Sequence record: PP456877.1
DNA length: 64,000 bases
Reading direction: 5' to 3' (one strand)
Made by a program: the position numbers and the translations under genes. The first letter of the stretch is position 1. Every line of letters begins with the position of its first letter. This document shows, one piece after another, positions 9,759 through 18,179 of this stretch. Under the pieces are notes generated by a model that saw nothing but the letters and a program-made list of their open reading frames with translations, was not told where the DNA came from and ran no database searches.

Positions 9759-10626
9759 CTATGCTATTTAAAATCTTTTTAGCTTCATTTTCCATAATAG
9801 ATCGTTCAATATTGTTAGATGTGAAATCATCTATAATACCCATTACCGTTCTACTAATTTCATTCTGTTCAGTATTTGAAATTAATACCAATCCGACAAT
9901 TTCTTTAGCAACTTCAATAGGCGTCATAGCATCTAATGGGCCAAATGAAATTTGTAATAGGGCATCAATATTCCTTTTACCAACACGTAATCCTGCATTA
10001 ACTAGTTCCATAGCTAACTTAAATGATGCGCGCGTATGAATACGAATAAGGCGATTAATTAAATTAATCCGTTCGACATTACTTACATTTCCATATGCTT
10101 GACCACGGGTAGTAAGTACTGACTGAATAAATGATGTAATATTACTAATAAGTGTTGGTGATACACTTTCAATTAAGTCAATGATATTTAAGAAATCTAC
10201 ACTTGTATCGATAAGTTCTACTAGATGTGCTAATGTCTCTTCGGGTGAATATTCAGCTAACAGGATATCATTCACTTCATCTGGAATAATGTAATCTTCT
10301 AAACTAAGGAGTGTATTAACAACAGCTTGCCGTTCGGCCTGAGTTGCTTCATCACTAATTTTAATAAGATGTTCATTTAGAATTTCATCTTGTGCAATGC
10401 GAATGATATCATCAATGCGAGAAAGAAGCATTGCATTATCTGAGATACCTGATTGAATCTGACATACTGTATTTAGTTCATCTAGAGCTGCAACATAATT
10501 GATCTTTTCAAAAGATGCTACACAGTCTAGGATAACTTCTTTACGCTCTTCATGTATAAGAGGCGTAAGATAACTATCAATGAAATCTTTCATGACGATA
10601 TCCTTTTTATACGGAATTATTAACAT
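9736..10626 (-). CDS. Hypothetical protein (gp79 position)
   Basis: Long ORF coupled to the vRNAP subunit gene. Start probably at MKDF. Confidence 0.7.
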   Translation of the reverse strand: MLIIPYKKDIVMKDFIDSYLTPLIHEERKEVILDCVASFEKINYVAALDELNTVCQIQSGISDNAMLLSRIDDIIRIAQDEILNEHLIKISDEATQAERQAVVNTLLSLEDYIIPDEVNDILLAEYSPEETLAHLVELIDTSVDFLNIIDLIESVSPTLISNITSFIQSVLTTRGQAYGNVSNVERINLINRLIRIHTRASFKLAMELVNAGLRVGKRNIDALLQISFGPLDAMTPIEVAKEIVGLVLISNTEQNEISRTVMGIIDDFTSNNIERSIMENEAKKILNSIGDTNEIT

Positions 10627-10764
10627 AGGGTTGGACAGATAGTTATTCTTTAATATAGTGTAAAATTACCAAATGTGTTAAATATATGTTGAACTAATCA
10701 TTTTTTTCATTTGTCAATTTATATTGGCAAATATTAAATTAAGCCTCTATCGGAGTATAACAAG

Positions 10765-11259
10765 ATGTCAAATAAAGCTAAAGAACCAACTCTAACTAAA
10801 GAACAGGAAAAGACTCTACGTCTATTTGAACGTGCAGTTGGAGCATCAGCTGCGGCAGCTGATCATATTCTTAACCGTGATGGTTGGGATGTTGTCAATG
10901 TACTAGCAGGTTCTGTAGGTAAGCGTATTCTACAAACTGAAGTATTCATTAATCCAGTTATCAATAAGATCAATGAAATCATTCCGACATTATCTGATCC
11001 TACTGGATTCCAAAAGAACCTACAAACAGTTATTGCTGACCTTAATCGACTAACTAAAATTATCAGTGTCCTATATGCACAACATCAAGGTAAGGCTGGT
11101 CCAGCAAATAATGAAGATGAACTAAAACTCATCAGTGAACTTGTTACTAAATACACTGGTATTGAAGGTGCTATTGAACGCGGTATTGATGGTGTAATCC
11201 TAGCGATGATCGGCACTCTTCGAGAAGCTGGTTGGGACGAAAAACTAATTCAACAATAA
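10765..11259 (+). CDS. Hypothetical helical protein (gp78 position)
   Basis: 164-aa ORF with GGAG RBS, first gene of a + strand operon. Confidence 0.75.
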   Translation: MSNKAKEPTLTKEQEKTLRLFERAVGASAAAADHILNRDGWDVVNVLAGSVGKRILQTEVFINPVINKINEIIPTLSDPTGFQKNLQTVIADLNRLTKIISVLYAQHQGKAGPANNEDELKLISELVTKYTGIEGAIERGIDGVILAMIGTLREAGWDEKLIQQ

Positions 11260-11270
11260 TGGAGTTTTAA

Positions 11271-12872
11271 ATGGCTACTGCTGACTTCGATAATGAGTAC
11301 GATGATACTCCAGAAGAGAATTTACTAGATCAAATTGATGAGATCAATGCGCAACACGATCCTGACTCTAGTATTGAAAATAATGACGAGGTGGAAACTC
11401 CACCTTTCGTTTCTGATCAAAAAGAAATTAAACTACGTATTCCACGTAATGCTAAAACTGGAAATATCCGGGATGCTTCTGAACCGGCTATTAAAGATAG
11501 TGCTAGCATTCTTACTTTGCTACGTGAGAACCCCCAGACTGTTTATAATTTCCTGGATCACAATAAAGAACTATTTAAAGCATTTGCTGATAATAAAATA
11601 GATGACACTAGTGACGGTGTAAAGTGGACAGCTGCTATTCTGGAAGGCTTAGCTCACTCTATTGTTGAAGATGCACCAATCGGTGCAACTGCCCGAGAAG
11701 GTTCTGAATGGTCTAGTGAAATTCCTTATGGTGAAAAGATCATTCGCCCAGGCCGACCTGTATTTAATACCAATGGTCGTAAAATGACCGATGATGAAAC
11801 TCTAGTTTTCCTAACACGTAAAGCTAACATCGGTACGCCATATGATACTTTCCTACCTCATTCAGGTATTTGGGTAAAACTACGTGCACCTACTGGTACT
11901 GAAGTAGCTGCCCTACAAGCACGTCTAGCACAATTAAAGATCCGACTAGGTGCTGAATCAAAAGGTATGCTGTTCTCAAACATGGCAGCTGTATTACTTA
12001 ACATGGTTAGTAGTTTAGCACTTGCATGTGTTATTCAATCCAACTATAAGTTCAACACTCCAACTGACCTAGAGCATGTTATCTCAGTAGCTGATGAACC
12101 ATTCTTACATCATGCACTAGCAGCGACTATGTATCCAGATGGATTTAATTATAGTTATCCATGTATTGCAGATGCCAATACATGTAACCATATTGAAACA
12201 GCGAAACTTAATATGTCAACGCTTGTTCAATATGATCTACTGGCATTCTCAGAAGAACAAAAGAAATATATTGCACGTAAGTTTAATGCATGTACTGAAT
12301 CTGATCTTAAGACTTATAAAGAAGGATTCCGTATTGAAACTCAAGTAACTGAAATGTTTGGTGACGTTGGTGTTGTTCTTGAGATGTGCACAATTGCTGA
12401 CCGCCGAGAGTCTGGTGATAGTTGGATTAACTCAATTATCGATATGACTCAAGGTAGTTTTAATGAACCAGTTGATGGACCGCAACGTTCTCAGTATATT
12501 GCACGTTTACAAAAGATCTCTATTGCCCGTCAGTTCTCACATTTTGTTAAAGAGATTAAAGTACGTGAAGATGATGATGGTGAAAGTTCTGAGGATAATA
12601 TCCGCACTGCAACTACTAACCGTGAAACTATTGAAAAGTTCTTAACTAATATTCTATCCACACCGGAATATAATGATCGCTTTATTAATGCGGTAAGTAA
12701 CTTCATTGATTCACAACTAATTGGTATGATTGCAATTACAAGTTGGAATTGCCCAGTATGTGAGTCACCTGCCGCTACTAAATTTAAAGAACGTTTCCCA
12801 CACCTAATCCCTATTGACATGCTGTCAACTTTTTTTACTTTGGCGGCCTCGAAGTCAAACCGGATGGTGTAG
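11271..12872 (+). CDS. Putative tail/baseplate-hub assembly chaperone with Cys motifs (gp77 position)
   Basis: Acidic N-terminus, YPC...CNH and CPVC motifs reminiscent of T4 gp26-like hub chaperones; ends over a T7 run. Confidence 0.55.
   Translation: MATADFDNEYDDTPEENLLDQIDEINAQHDPDSSIENNDEVETPPFVSDQKEIKLRIPRNAKTGNIRDASEPAIKDSASILTLLRENPQTVYNFLDHNKELFKAFADNKIDDTSDGVKWTAAILEGLAHSIVEDAPIGATAREGSEWSSEIPYGEKIIRPGRPVFNTNGRKMTDDETLVFLTRKANIGTPYDTFLPHSGIWVKLRAPTGTEVAALQARLAQLKIRLGAESKGMLFSNMAAVLLNMVSSLALACVIQSNYKFNTPTDLEHVISVADEPFLHHALAATMYPDGFNYSYPCIADANTCNHIETAKLNMSTLVQYDLLAFSEEQKKYIARKFNACTESDLKTYKEGFRIETQVTEMFGDVGVVLEMCTIADRRESGDSWINSIIDMTQGSFNEPVDGPQRSQYIARLQKISIARQFSHFVKEIKVREDDDGESSEDNIRTATTNRETIEKFLTNILSTPEYNDRFINAVSNFIDSQLIGMIAITSWNCPVCESPAATKFKERFPHLIPIDMLSTFFTLAASKSNRMV
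12830..12836 (+). promoter_or_regulatory. Putative -1 ribosomal frameshift site T_TTT_TTT
   Basis: X_XXY_YYZ heptamer in the reading frame of 11271..12872. The -1 frame is open from 12818 to 13333. Confidence 0.6.
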
Positions 12873-13333
12873 TTAATGATCTGAGATATAGTCGTCTTGA
12901 GGCCACTTTCAAGGAAGATAGTGGCCACATCCTACATCCAAACTTTGGTTATGATAAGTTAACTGAAGATGATACACACTTAGATAGACTATTATCGACA
13001 GTAGGGGCAGTAAGACCGTCTACAGCAGCACGTTTAACAAGAGAAGCATATCTACTTGATTATGATATCGGTTCACCAGAAAACGGACCCATGTGGTTAA
13101 ATAAGGTGAATCCTAAAGAGGATTTTATCGAAGGTGGGTTGAGAAGGAGACTGACTAGAGATTTCTTCAAGTATAAAGTAGGTAGCTTATCTAATATGTC
13201 ATTAACTGAATTCTTTGAATTAGCTTATTCTGAGGTAGAATACATAATTGAATTATGTAGAAATATTACCCATAATGAAGCTGTTAATAACAATAATCAG
13301 TTAAATGAATTAAACAAGCCGTTAACTAAATAA
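12836..13333 (+). CDS. Frameshift extension (T-like domain); ORF track shows only 13091..13333
   Basis: Frame open for 85 codons before the first ATG: YFGGLEVKPDGVVNDLRYSRLEATFKEDSGHILHPNFGYDKL...; ends with SLTEFFELAYSEVEYII. Confidence 0.6.
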   Translation, partial: YFGGLEVKPDGVVNDLRYSRLEATFKEDSGHILHPNFGYDKLTEDDTHLDRLLSTVGAVRPSTAARLTREAYLLDYDIGSPENGPMWLNKVNPKEDFIEGGLRRRLTRDFFKYKVGSLSNMSLTEFFELAYSEVEYIIELCRNITHNEAVNNNNQLNELNKPLTK

Positions 13334-13344
13334 AAAAAAATAAA

Positions 13345-13380
13345 GACAGCCCCCTCTCCATGTGGAGAGGGGTTTATGTC
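13345..13380. terminator. Bidirectional hairpin
   Basis: CCCCTCTCCA-TG-TGGAGAGGGG between convergent genes. Confidence 0.7.
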
Positions 13381-13383
13381 GCC

Positions 13384-13527
13384 TTACTTACGTGCAAAGC
13401 TAGCTACAAGACCTTTGATAGCTAGAGCGACCATCCAGGCAGTTAACCCTTTCATTGGGCGGATATCAATCCGTTCTTCGATATCCAGATTGCCCTCACT
13501 ATTGATTACCTCAATTCGTACTTGCAT
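13384..13527 (-). CDS. 47-aa small protein with C-terminal hydrophobic helix
   Basis: GGAG RBS then MQVRIEVINSEGNLDIEERIDIRPMKGLTAWMVALAIKGLVASFARK*; below the ORF-track cutoff. Confidence 0.7.
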   Translation of the reverse strand: MQVRIEVINSEGNLDIEERIDIRPMKGLTAWMVALAIKGLVASFARK

Positions 13528-13586
13528 GGTCTACTCCTTATCAGGATGGGATATGATCTTCAAAAGTCTTTTGATATAAAGATGGC

Positions 13587-13619
13587 ATATTACCCCACCA
13601 ATAAAAGGCGGGGTAATAT
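13587..13619. terminator. Hairpin
   Basis: ATATTACCCC...GGGGTAATAT directly after the stop of 13623..13817. Confidence 0.55.
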
Positions 13620-13622
13620 TTA

Positions 13623-13817
13623 TTAAACCATCAGATATCCTAATGGAAATAAAGCAAAGAAGCCATATAAAACAACAAGCAGTGTCTTTTGGCGAACATA
13701 CCGGGATTTAATACTATCTTTATCTAAGTCAAACTTGACATAAAGATAAATCTGATAACATTTATATCCCATACTAGCCACAAGGGCTATTACTATAAGT
13801 TGACACAAAAAGACCAT
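13623..13817 (-). CDS. Small membrane protein (2 TM)
   Basis: Two hydrophobic stretches in 64 aa. Confidence 0.65.
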   Translation of the reverse strand: MVFLCQLIVIALVASMGYKCYQIYLYVKFDLDKDSIKSRYVRQKTLLVVLYGFFALFPLGYLMV

Positions 13818-13872
13818 AGTGGGATGCTCTTATTATTAGAGAACAATGATCAATTGTTCTTTCATAGCATGT

Positions 13873-14064
13873 CTATTTAATATGCATGATTATCATATTA
13901 AATAACCACAACCCTAACATAAGGGTAAACATGCTGCAAATCAAACCACCTATAATAATTGTTTTTTGTTTGATTGTTTTAGCAGCAGCAAGAAATATAA
14001 TTGAGGTTATTAATCCACTAAATGCAATTAATAGTGGTATCAGAAATAACAATACCCGAGCCAT
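13873..14064 (-). CDS. Small membrane protein (2 TM)
   Basis: GAGGT RBS; two long hydrophobic stretches separated by KTIKQK. Confidence 0.7.
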   Translation of the reverse strand: MARVLLFLIPLLIAFSGLITSIIFLAAAKTIKQKTIIIGGLICSMFTLMLGLWLFNMIIMHIK

Positions 14065-14076
14065 ATAGACACCTCA

Positions 14077-14334
14077 TCAAAATAGATAGGTTGTACATGT
14101 CAGTGAATAGTTAGTCCAGCAACTAACAATAGTGCTTACCCATATAGTAACTAATACAATGCTTACGGAGAGGAAAAGCATAGCGTACTGACATGCACTT
14201 TTATTAAAGATATCTTTAAACTCAAGATATGTTTTAATAATAAATAGCAGCATGCATGTTAGAAGAATATCAACTAAGATCAAAGTACTGACTAGAAGCC
14301 ATGTTGCACCAAAGATCTGATCAACTGTATACAT
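14077..14334 (-). CDS. Small membrane protein (2 TM), start MYTVDQ
   Basis: ATG 14334 overlaps the upstream TAA (TAATG); two hydrophobic helices. Confidence 0.7.
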   Translation of the reverse strand: MYTVDQIFGATWLLVSTLILVDILLTCMLLFIIKTYLEFKDIFNKSACQYAMLFLSVSIVLVTIWVSTIVSCWTNYSLTCTTYLF

Positions 14335-14399
14335 TATTTCCACTCCCATAGTTTATAAGCTATAACTACAATTGTAATCATAATCAATTTTTTCTTCAT
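14334..14399 (-). CDS. 21-aa single-pass micropeptide
   Basis: MKKKLIMITIVVIAYKLWEWK*, first ORF after the early promoter, TAATG-coupled to the next gene. Confidence 0.55.
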   Translation of the reverse strand: MKKKLIMITIVVIAYKLWEWK

Positions 14400-14428
14400 T
14401 GTAAATACCCTATAGTTTTATCACATTT

Positions 14429-14452
14429 GTAATATACCTTTTAAAAAGATTT
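14429..14452 (-). promoter_or_regulatory. phiKZ-type early promoter
   Basis: Exact TATATTAC on the - strand (the published phiKZ early consensus). Confidence 0.7.
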
Positions 14453-14474
14453 AAATGCAAAAAAATAAAAAAAA

Positions 14475-14512
14475 GCATAATCCCTCCCAACTAAGGGAGG
14501 GATCATTTATGC
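14475..14512 (-). terminator. Intrinsic terminator of helicase operon
   Basis: TCCCTCCC-AACTAA-GGGAGGGA followed by a long T-tract on the - strand. Confidence 0.8.
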
Positions 14513-14518
14513 CATTTA

Positions 14519-16057
14519 CTATAAACGCATCATGCGCATACTTTTAGTTTTACCCATGAAATGATTTTCTTTATTTCTGGCGTATCTGCAATGATGAGGT
14601 ATGTTATTACAAACCATGAATGTTAACCTTGGTATTACATCAGGCCAGTTCTTCAATGGTCTTAGTCGTCCAAGAATTTGGATGCTGTCCTTTTTAGAGT
14701 CAGTTGCTTGTAATAGAATAACTTCCCTTAAATTCCTAATATCAACACCAGTACCAGATGATTTAATAGTTGATACAGTGATGTCATTAGTCATTAATCT
14801 ATCATACGGACTACCCGAAACATGTCTATTAATCTGAAGATCTGGATATTGTTTCTTAAGATAATCTGTCAGTACATCGATAAAGTTTACAGTCGCGCAT
14901 AATAGCAAACATTTCTGACCTTCAATACGATCCTTTATATAAACACCATCTACAATACGTTTAACCATCTTTAGATAGAAGTCTAGTCGCCTAGGGTTCT
15001 TCATCATTACTGTTTCATAACGAGCATGGTTATATGTATTTTTAAATGGAGTTAAATAGTCCTTAGGTTTAATAGTTGGTTCACTATATAACAAGCCAAT
15101 AACATTGATGTATGAGTCATATGCAGGTAACCTACACTTTGTAGTAGCAGGTAGCATGACATCAATCATTTTAGTAACAAACTGATTACCAGTGTATGGA
15201 GTAGCTGATAAATAGATTTGTTTATTGACATTGGTATATAGATCAGTACGAAATACTAATCCTGGATCTTCTTGAATCTCATCATTGATCTGCCAACCTG
15301 CTCCAATAACCTCATGGAATCTAGGTGGTGGTACATTAAATCCAACTACATCGATTTTTTCACCTAATCGTTCGAAAGTATCGATATATGCACGGTATGT
15401 TGTAGAACTAATGAGAATAATTTCAACACCTTCTAAATCATTCTCTAGTCCGCGATTAATTAGATTCTGTAACTCAGCAGATCCAGATACTTTTAAATAT
15501 TTTATACCTAGCTGATCTTCATAACCAACAAATGTTTCTTTTAATGCTTTCTCCCAAATACCGAAATATTTAGGTGGAATCATAACAACACCACGTTCTT
15601 TCATTACTGCAACTGAAGCTAAACTAGTTAAGGTTTTACCTTTACCAGTCTGTAAGTCAACACGGGCTGAATGTAAATGTGGTCTTAGAATATCTTCGCG
15701 GATGGTTTCCTGATAATCCCTTAGAACATAATGTTCAAATAAAGTATAATCTACTTTAACAGCTTTTGGTACAGGAATATCTACAATTTCAATTCTAGTA
15801 GATGGTATATTCTTATCGGCCAGATAATTAATAAGTTCTTGAAGACATTCACGATGGATGAATACAGATTTACCATCTTCTGTTTCACCATAATATTTTT
15901 TCTTTATTTCCATTATGGTGCGTTGACCAGGTATCTTCTTAGGTTCTTTTAAAACCAGTTTATTAAGATATCCAGTCATCTTTAAGTATGTTTCCCGATC
16001 GTAACCGGATAAACGAACACCATGGGTGTATCGTTCTGCTGTAAGAATCGGTTTCAT
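14519..16057 (-). CDS. SF2 helicase (phiKZ gp75-like); start trimmed to MKPILT
   Basis: Walker A LQTGKGKT, motif II variant NDEIQ, SAT motif III, QILGRLR motif VI. Confidence 0.85.
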   Translation of the reverse strand: MKPILTAERYTHGVRLSGYDRETYLKMTGYLNKLVLKEPKKIPGQRTIMEIKKKYYGETEDGKSVFIHRECLQELINYLADKNIPSTRIEIVDIPVPKAVKVDYTLFEHYVLRDYQETIREDILRPHLHSARVDLQTGKGKTLTSLASVAVMKERGVVMIPPKYFGIWEKALKETFVGYEDQLGIKYLKVSGSAELQNLINRGLENDLEGVEIILISSTTYRAYIDTFERLGEKIDVVGFNVPPPRFHEVIGAGWQINDEIQEDPGLVFRTDLYTNVNKQIYLSATPYTGNQFVTKMIDVMLPATTKCRLPAYDSYINVIGLLYSEPTIKPKDYLTPFKNTYNHARYETVMMKNPRRLDFYLKMVKRIVDGVYIKDRIEGQKCLLLCATVNFIDVLTDYLKKQYPDLQINRHVSGSPYDRLMTNDITVSTIKSSGTGVDIRNLREVILLQATDSKKDSIQILGRLRPLKNWPDVIPRLTFMVCNNIPHHCRYARNKENHFMGKTKSMRMMRL

Positions 16058-16115
16058 AAAAAAATCAACGATCGGTAAGGGGAGCAGTGCTCCCCAAACC
16101 TCACGTCCTCCACGT

Positions 16116-18149
16116 CTATCGCAGTTTACCACCTTTAACTAGTAAGTCGTATGGATGGTCATTCCTCATCTTGTTAAGGAAACTGCCTGGGTTATTTAGT
16201 GGCTCATGCTGCTTTTCGAAAGCCATCGCACCACCTAAACTACGACATTGCATTAGCCTATTATATTTTTCAAATTGGCCATTAATACCGGGTTTAGGTA
16301 AGCGATAGTCTCGATATTGAGCTGAACGGATCATCATAGCGTATATCAAGATCTCACAATGGGAAATATTAAGGCTAATCTTTTCATTAGCCATTGTTGC
16401 AAATACAGGTAATGCTTCAATTGGCGACTTGTAGTTTTTAAGATACGTTTTAGACGTATATCCAACTTTCTCAGTGCTTAGTTTACCTGCCTCGGCTGAG
16501 TCACTACCGGAATGTAAGAAACTTTGGAATCGTTTCATTACTTCATACATGTTTACGTGCTTATTTGGTAGCGTCAAGAATGGTAGGTTAAAATCAAAAC
16601 CACGAAGACTAATGACGATATTGTCTCGCTGATCTAGTTCCCAACGGACCATCTTAATATGCTTTAGCATTTCAATAGATAGACTAGCCCTACGGTTATA
16701 CAGTGATACTGTCAGAACATCGCCACACTCACCATTCACCTCATCATCATAGACTAGGGCCAGGCTGGTTAGTTCAGTAGCTGAAGTAGCTGGATATGCA
16801 GTAAGATCATCAATCATTAAAATGTCAGCAAGGTTTTCTGCCTCTGACCGTGCGATTACTAAACGATAATCCTTCTGAGTAAGTTCTTTCTTTAGATATA
16901 GTGTCTCTGGGATTTCACCTGTTCTTAAATAATTGCTTTCAATTTTACCAAGTTTATATTGCTCTACAGCAGAAGATGCATCGGTGTGTTTAGTAGATAA
17001 TACTGCTGAAGTAATTTTATCCCCCATCGATACAGCTGCAACCTGACCGATATTAGTTCCTTTTGGAATATTGATACCTAGTCGGCCATAACAAGTCATA
17101 CAGATACCCTGGCTATCTGGATGATTGCATCCAAATACAGACCTGAATTTCTGTTTAGTTCCAATTAGGTGTGTTTCATTTCCACGGATCCAGTCTAGTT
17201 TACCATCTTCTTTTTGATAATATTTTCCTTTGAATGCTTTTAAAGTTAACTTAGTTACAGGATACTCAGCTAAGATTGTAGTCTTACAATCACCAGGATG
17301 TAGCCTTTGGACATATTGTGCAATAAGTTGAGATTTCCGGTTAAAGTATTCAGTTACTCGCAGTAGTTCTTTGTTATATAGTAGTGCTTTAGTACCTGAA
17401 CGAGATTCAATCATATTCTCATACAGATTCCAAATACCATCAATATAGCCAGTCGTTACCGGATATTTAAAGATGTCTGAGTTAATATCAGTTGGGAAAC
17501 CCCGCCAAGCAAATGCCTGTAGAAGCTGTTCAGTTTTCTGAGTACCAGAACGAAGACCTTCAATGATGCTATTACCAATGAATTGGGTAGGATCATTAAA
17601 TACTTCTTTGACTTTACCATAACTAATTTTTTCGATACCATAAGTAGTTGGTTCGATATTATGGTTAGCCTCACGTACCTTGGGATGATTATATACTTCA
17701 GCAATATCAAACATTGACAAGGTCGCTAGATATTCAGACAGTTTCACAGTGGTCTGATTATACAGCCAGTTCTTACCTTCAATAGCCAGTTTAGATAATA
17801 CTTCAGGATCTACTGTTTCACCTGACCAATCATAGATATTCCAAATAGCCTTATTTAAATGCTTGACCATGGCTTTAGATGTTACTCGGCCACCTTCAAC
17901 ATTTAGATAATCTTTAGGATTATCAGTTAAGATGCGATTGAAATCGATATGGTGATCAGATGGGATTGGGCAATCTTTATAATGTTTAAGAGGATACCAA
18001 CACAGAACGGATAATTTGGTAATACGGTCAACTGACACAACCGTTTTACCATCATCAAATTCGATTAGATGCCATTCTGAAGGGAGTGACCATAAATCAT
18101 CATAACTTAGATTTAGAAGATCACGTGCTTTATAACGATTAAGATTCAT
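16116..18149 (-). CDS. Non-virion RNAP beta' C-terminal subunit (phiKZ gp74)
   Basis: CNHPDSQGICMTCYG Zn site; NIGQVAAVSMGDKITSAVLSTKH equivalent to RpoC region G. Confidence 0.9.
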   Translation of the reverse strand: MNLNRYKARDLLNLSYDDLWSLPSEWHLIEFDDGKTVVSVDRITKLSVLCWYPLKHYKDCPIPSDHHIDFNRILTDNPKDYLNVEGGRVTSKAMVKHLNKAIWNIYDWSGETVDPEVLSKLAIEGKNWLYNQTTVKLSEYLATLSMFDIAEVYNHPKVREANHNIEPTTYGIEKISYGKVKEVFNDPTQFIGNSIIEGLRSGTQKTEQLLQAFAWRGFPTDINSDIFKYPVTTGYIDGIWNLYENMIESRSGTKALLYNKELLRVTEYFNRKSQLIAQYVQRLHPGDCKTTILAEYPVTKLTLKAFKGKYYQKEDGKLDWIRGNETHLIGTKQKFRSVFGCNHPDSQGICMTCYGRLGINIPKGTNIGQVAAVSMGDKITSAVLSTKHTDASSAVEQYKLGKIESNYLRTGEIPETLYLKKELTQKDYRLVIARSEAENLADILMIDDLTAYPATSATELTSLALVYDDEVNGECGDVLTVSLYNRRASLSIEMLKHIKMVRWELDQRDNIVISLRGFDFNLPFLTLPNKHVNMYEVMKRFQSFLHSGSDSAEAGKLSTEKVGYTSKTYLKNYKSPIEALPVFATMANEKISLNISHCEILIYAMMIRSAQYRDYRLPKPGINGQFEKYNRLMQCRSLGGAMAFEKQHEPLNNPGSFLNKMRNDHPYDLLVKGGKLR

Positions 18150-18179
18150 TATTTACCTCTTGTATTATTAAACCCCTGA

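Noticed and set aside
10661-10670. AAAATTACC as a middle promoter
   Set aside because: Imperfect match to a weak consensus in AT-rich DNA.
13091-13333. Independent 80-aa gene
   Set aside because: No clear RBS and the frame is open far upstream; a frameshift extension fits better, though independent initiation is not excluded.
13840-13860. Inverted repeat AGAACAAT-GATCA-ATTGTTCT as an operator
   Set aside because: Single AT-rich instance; only a partial similar 12-mer near 4488, not enough support.
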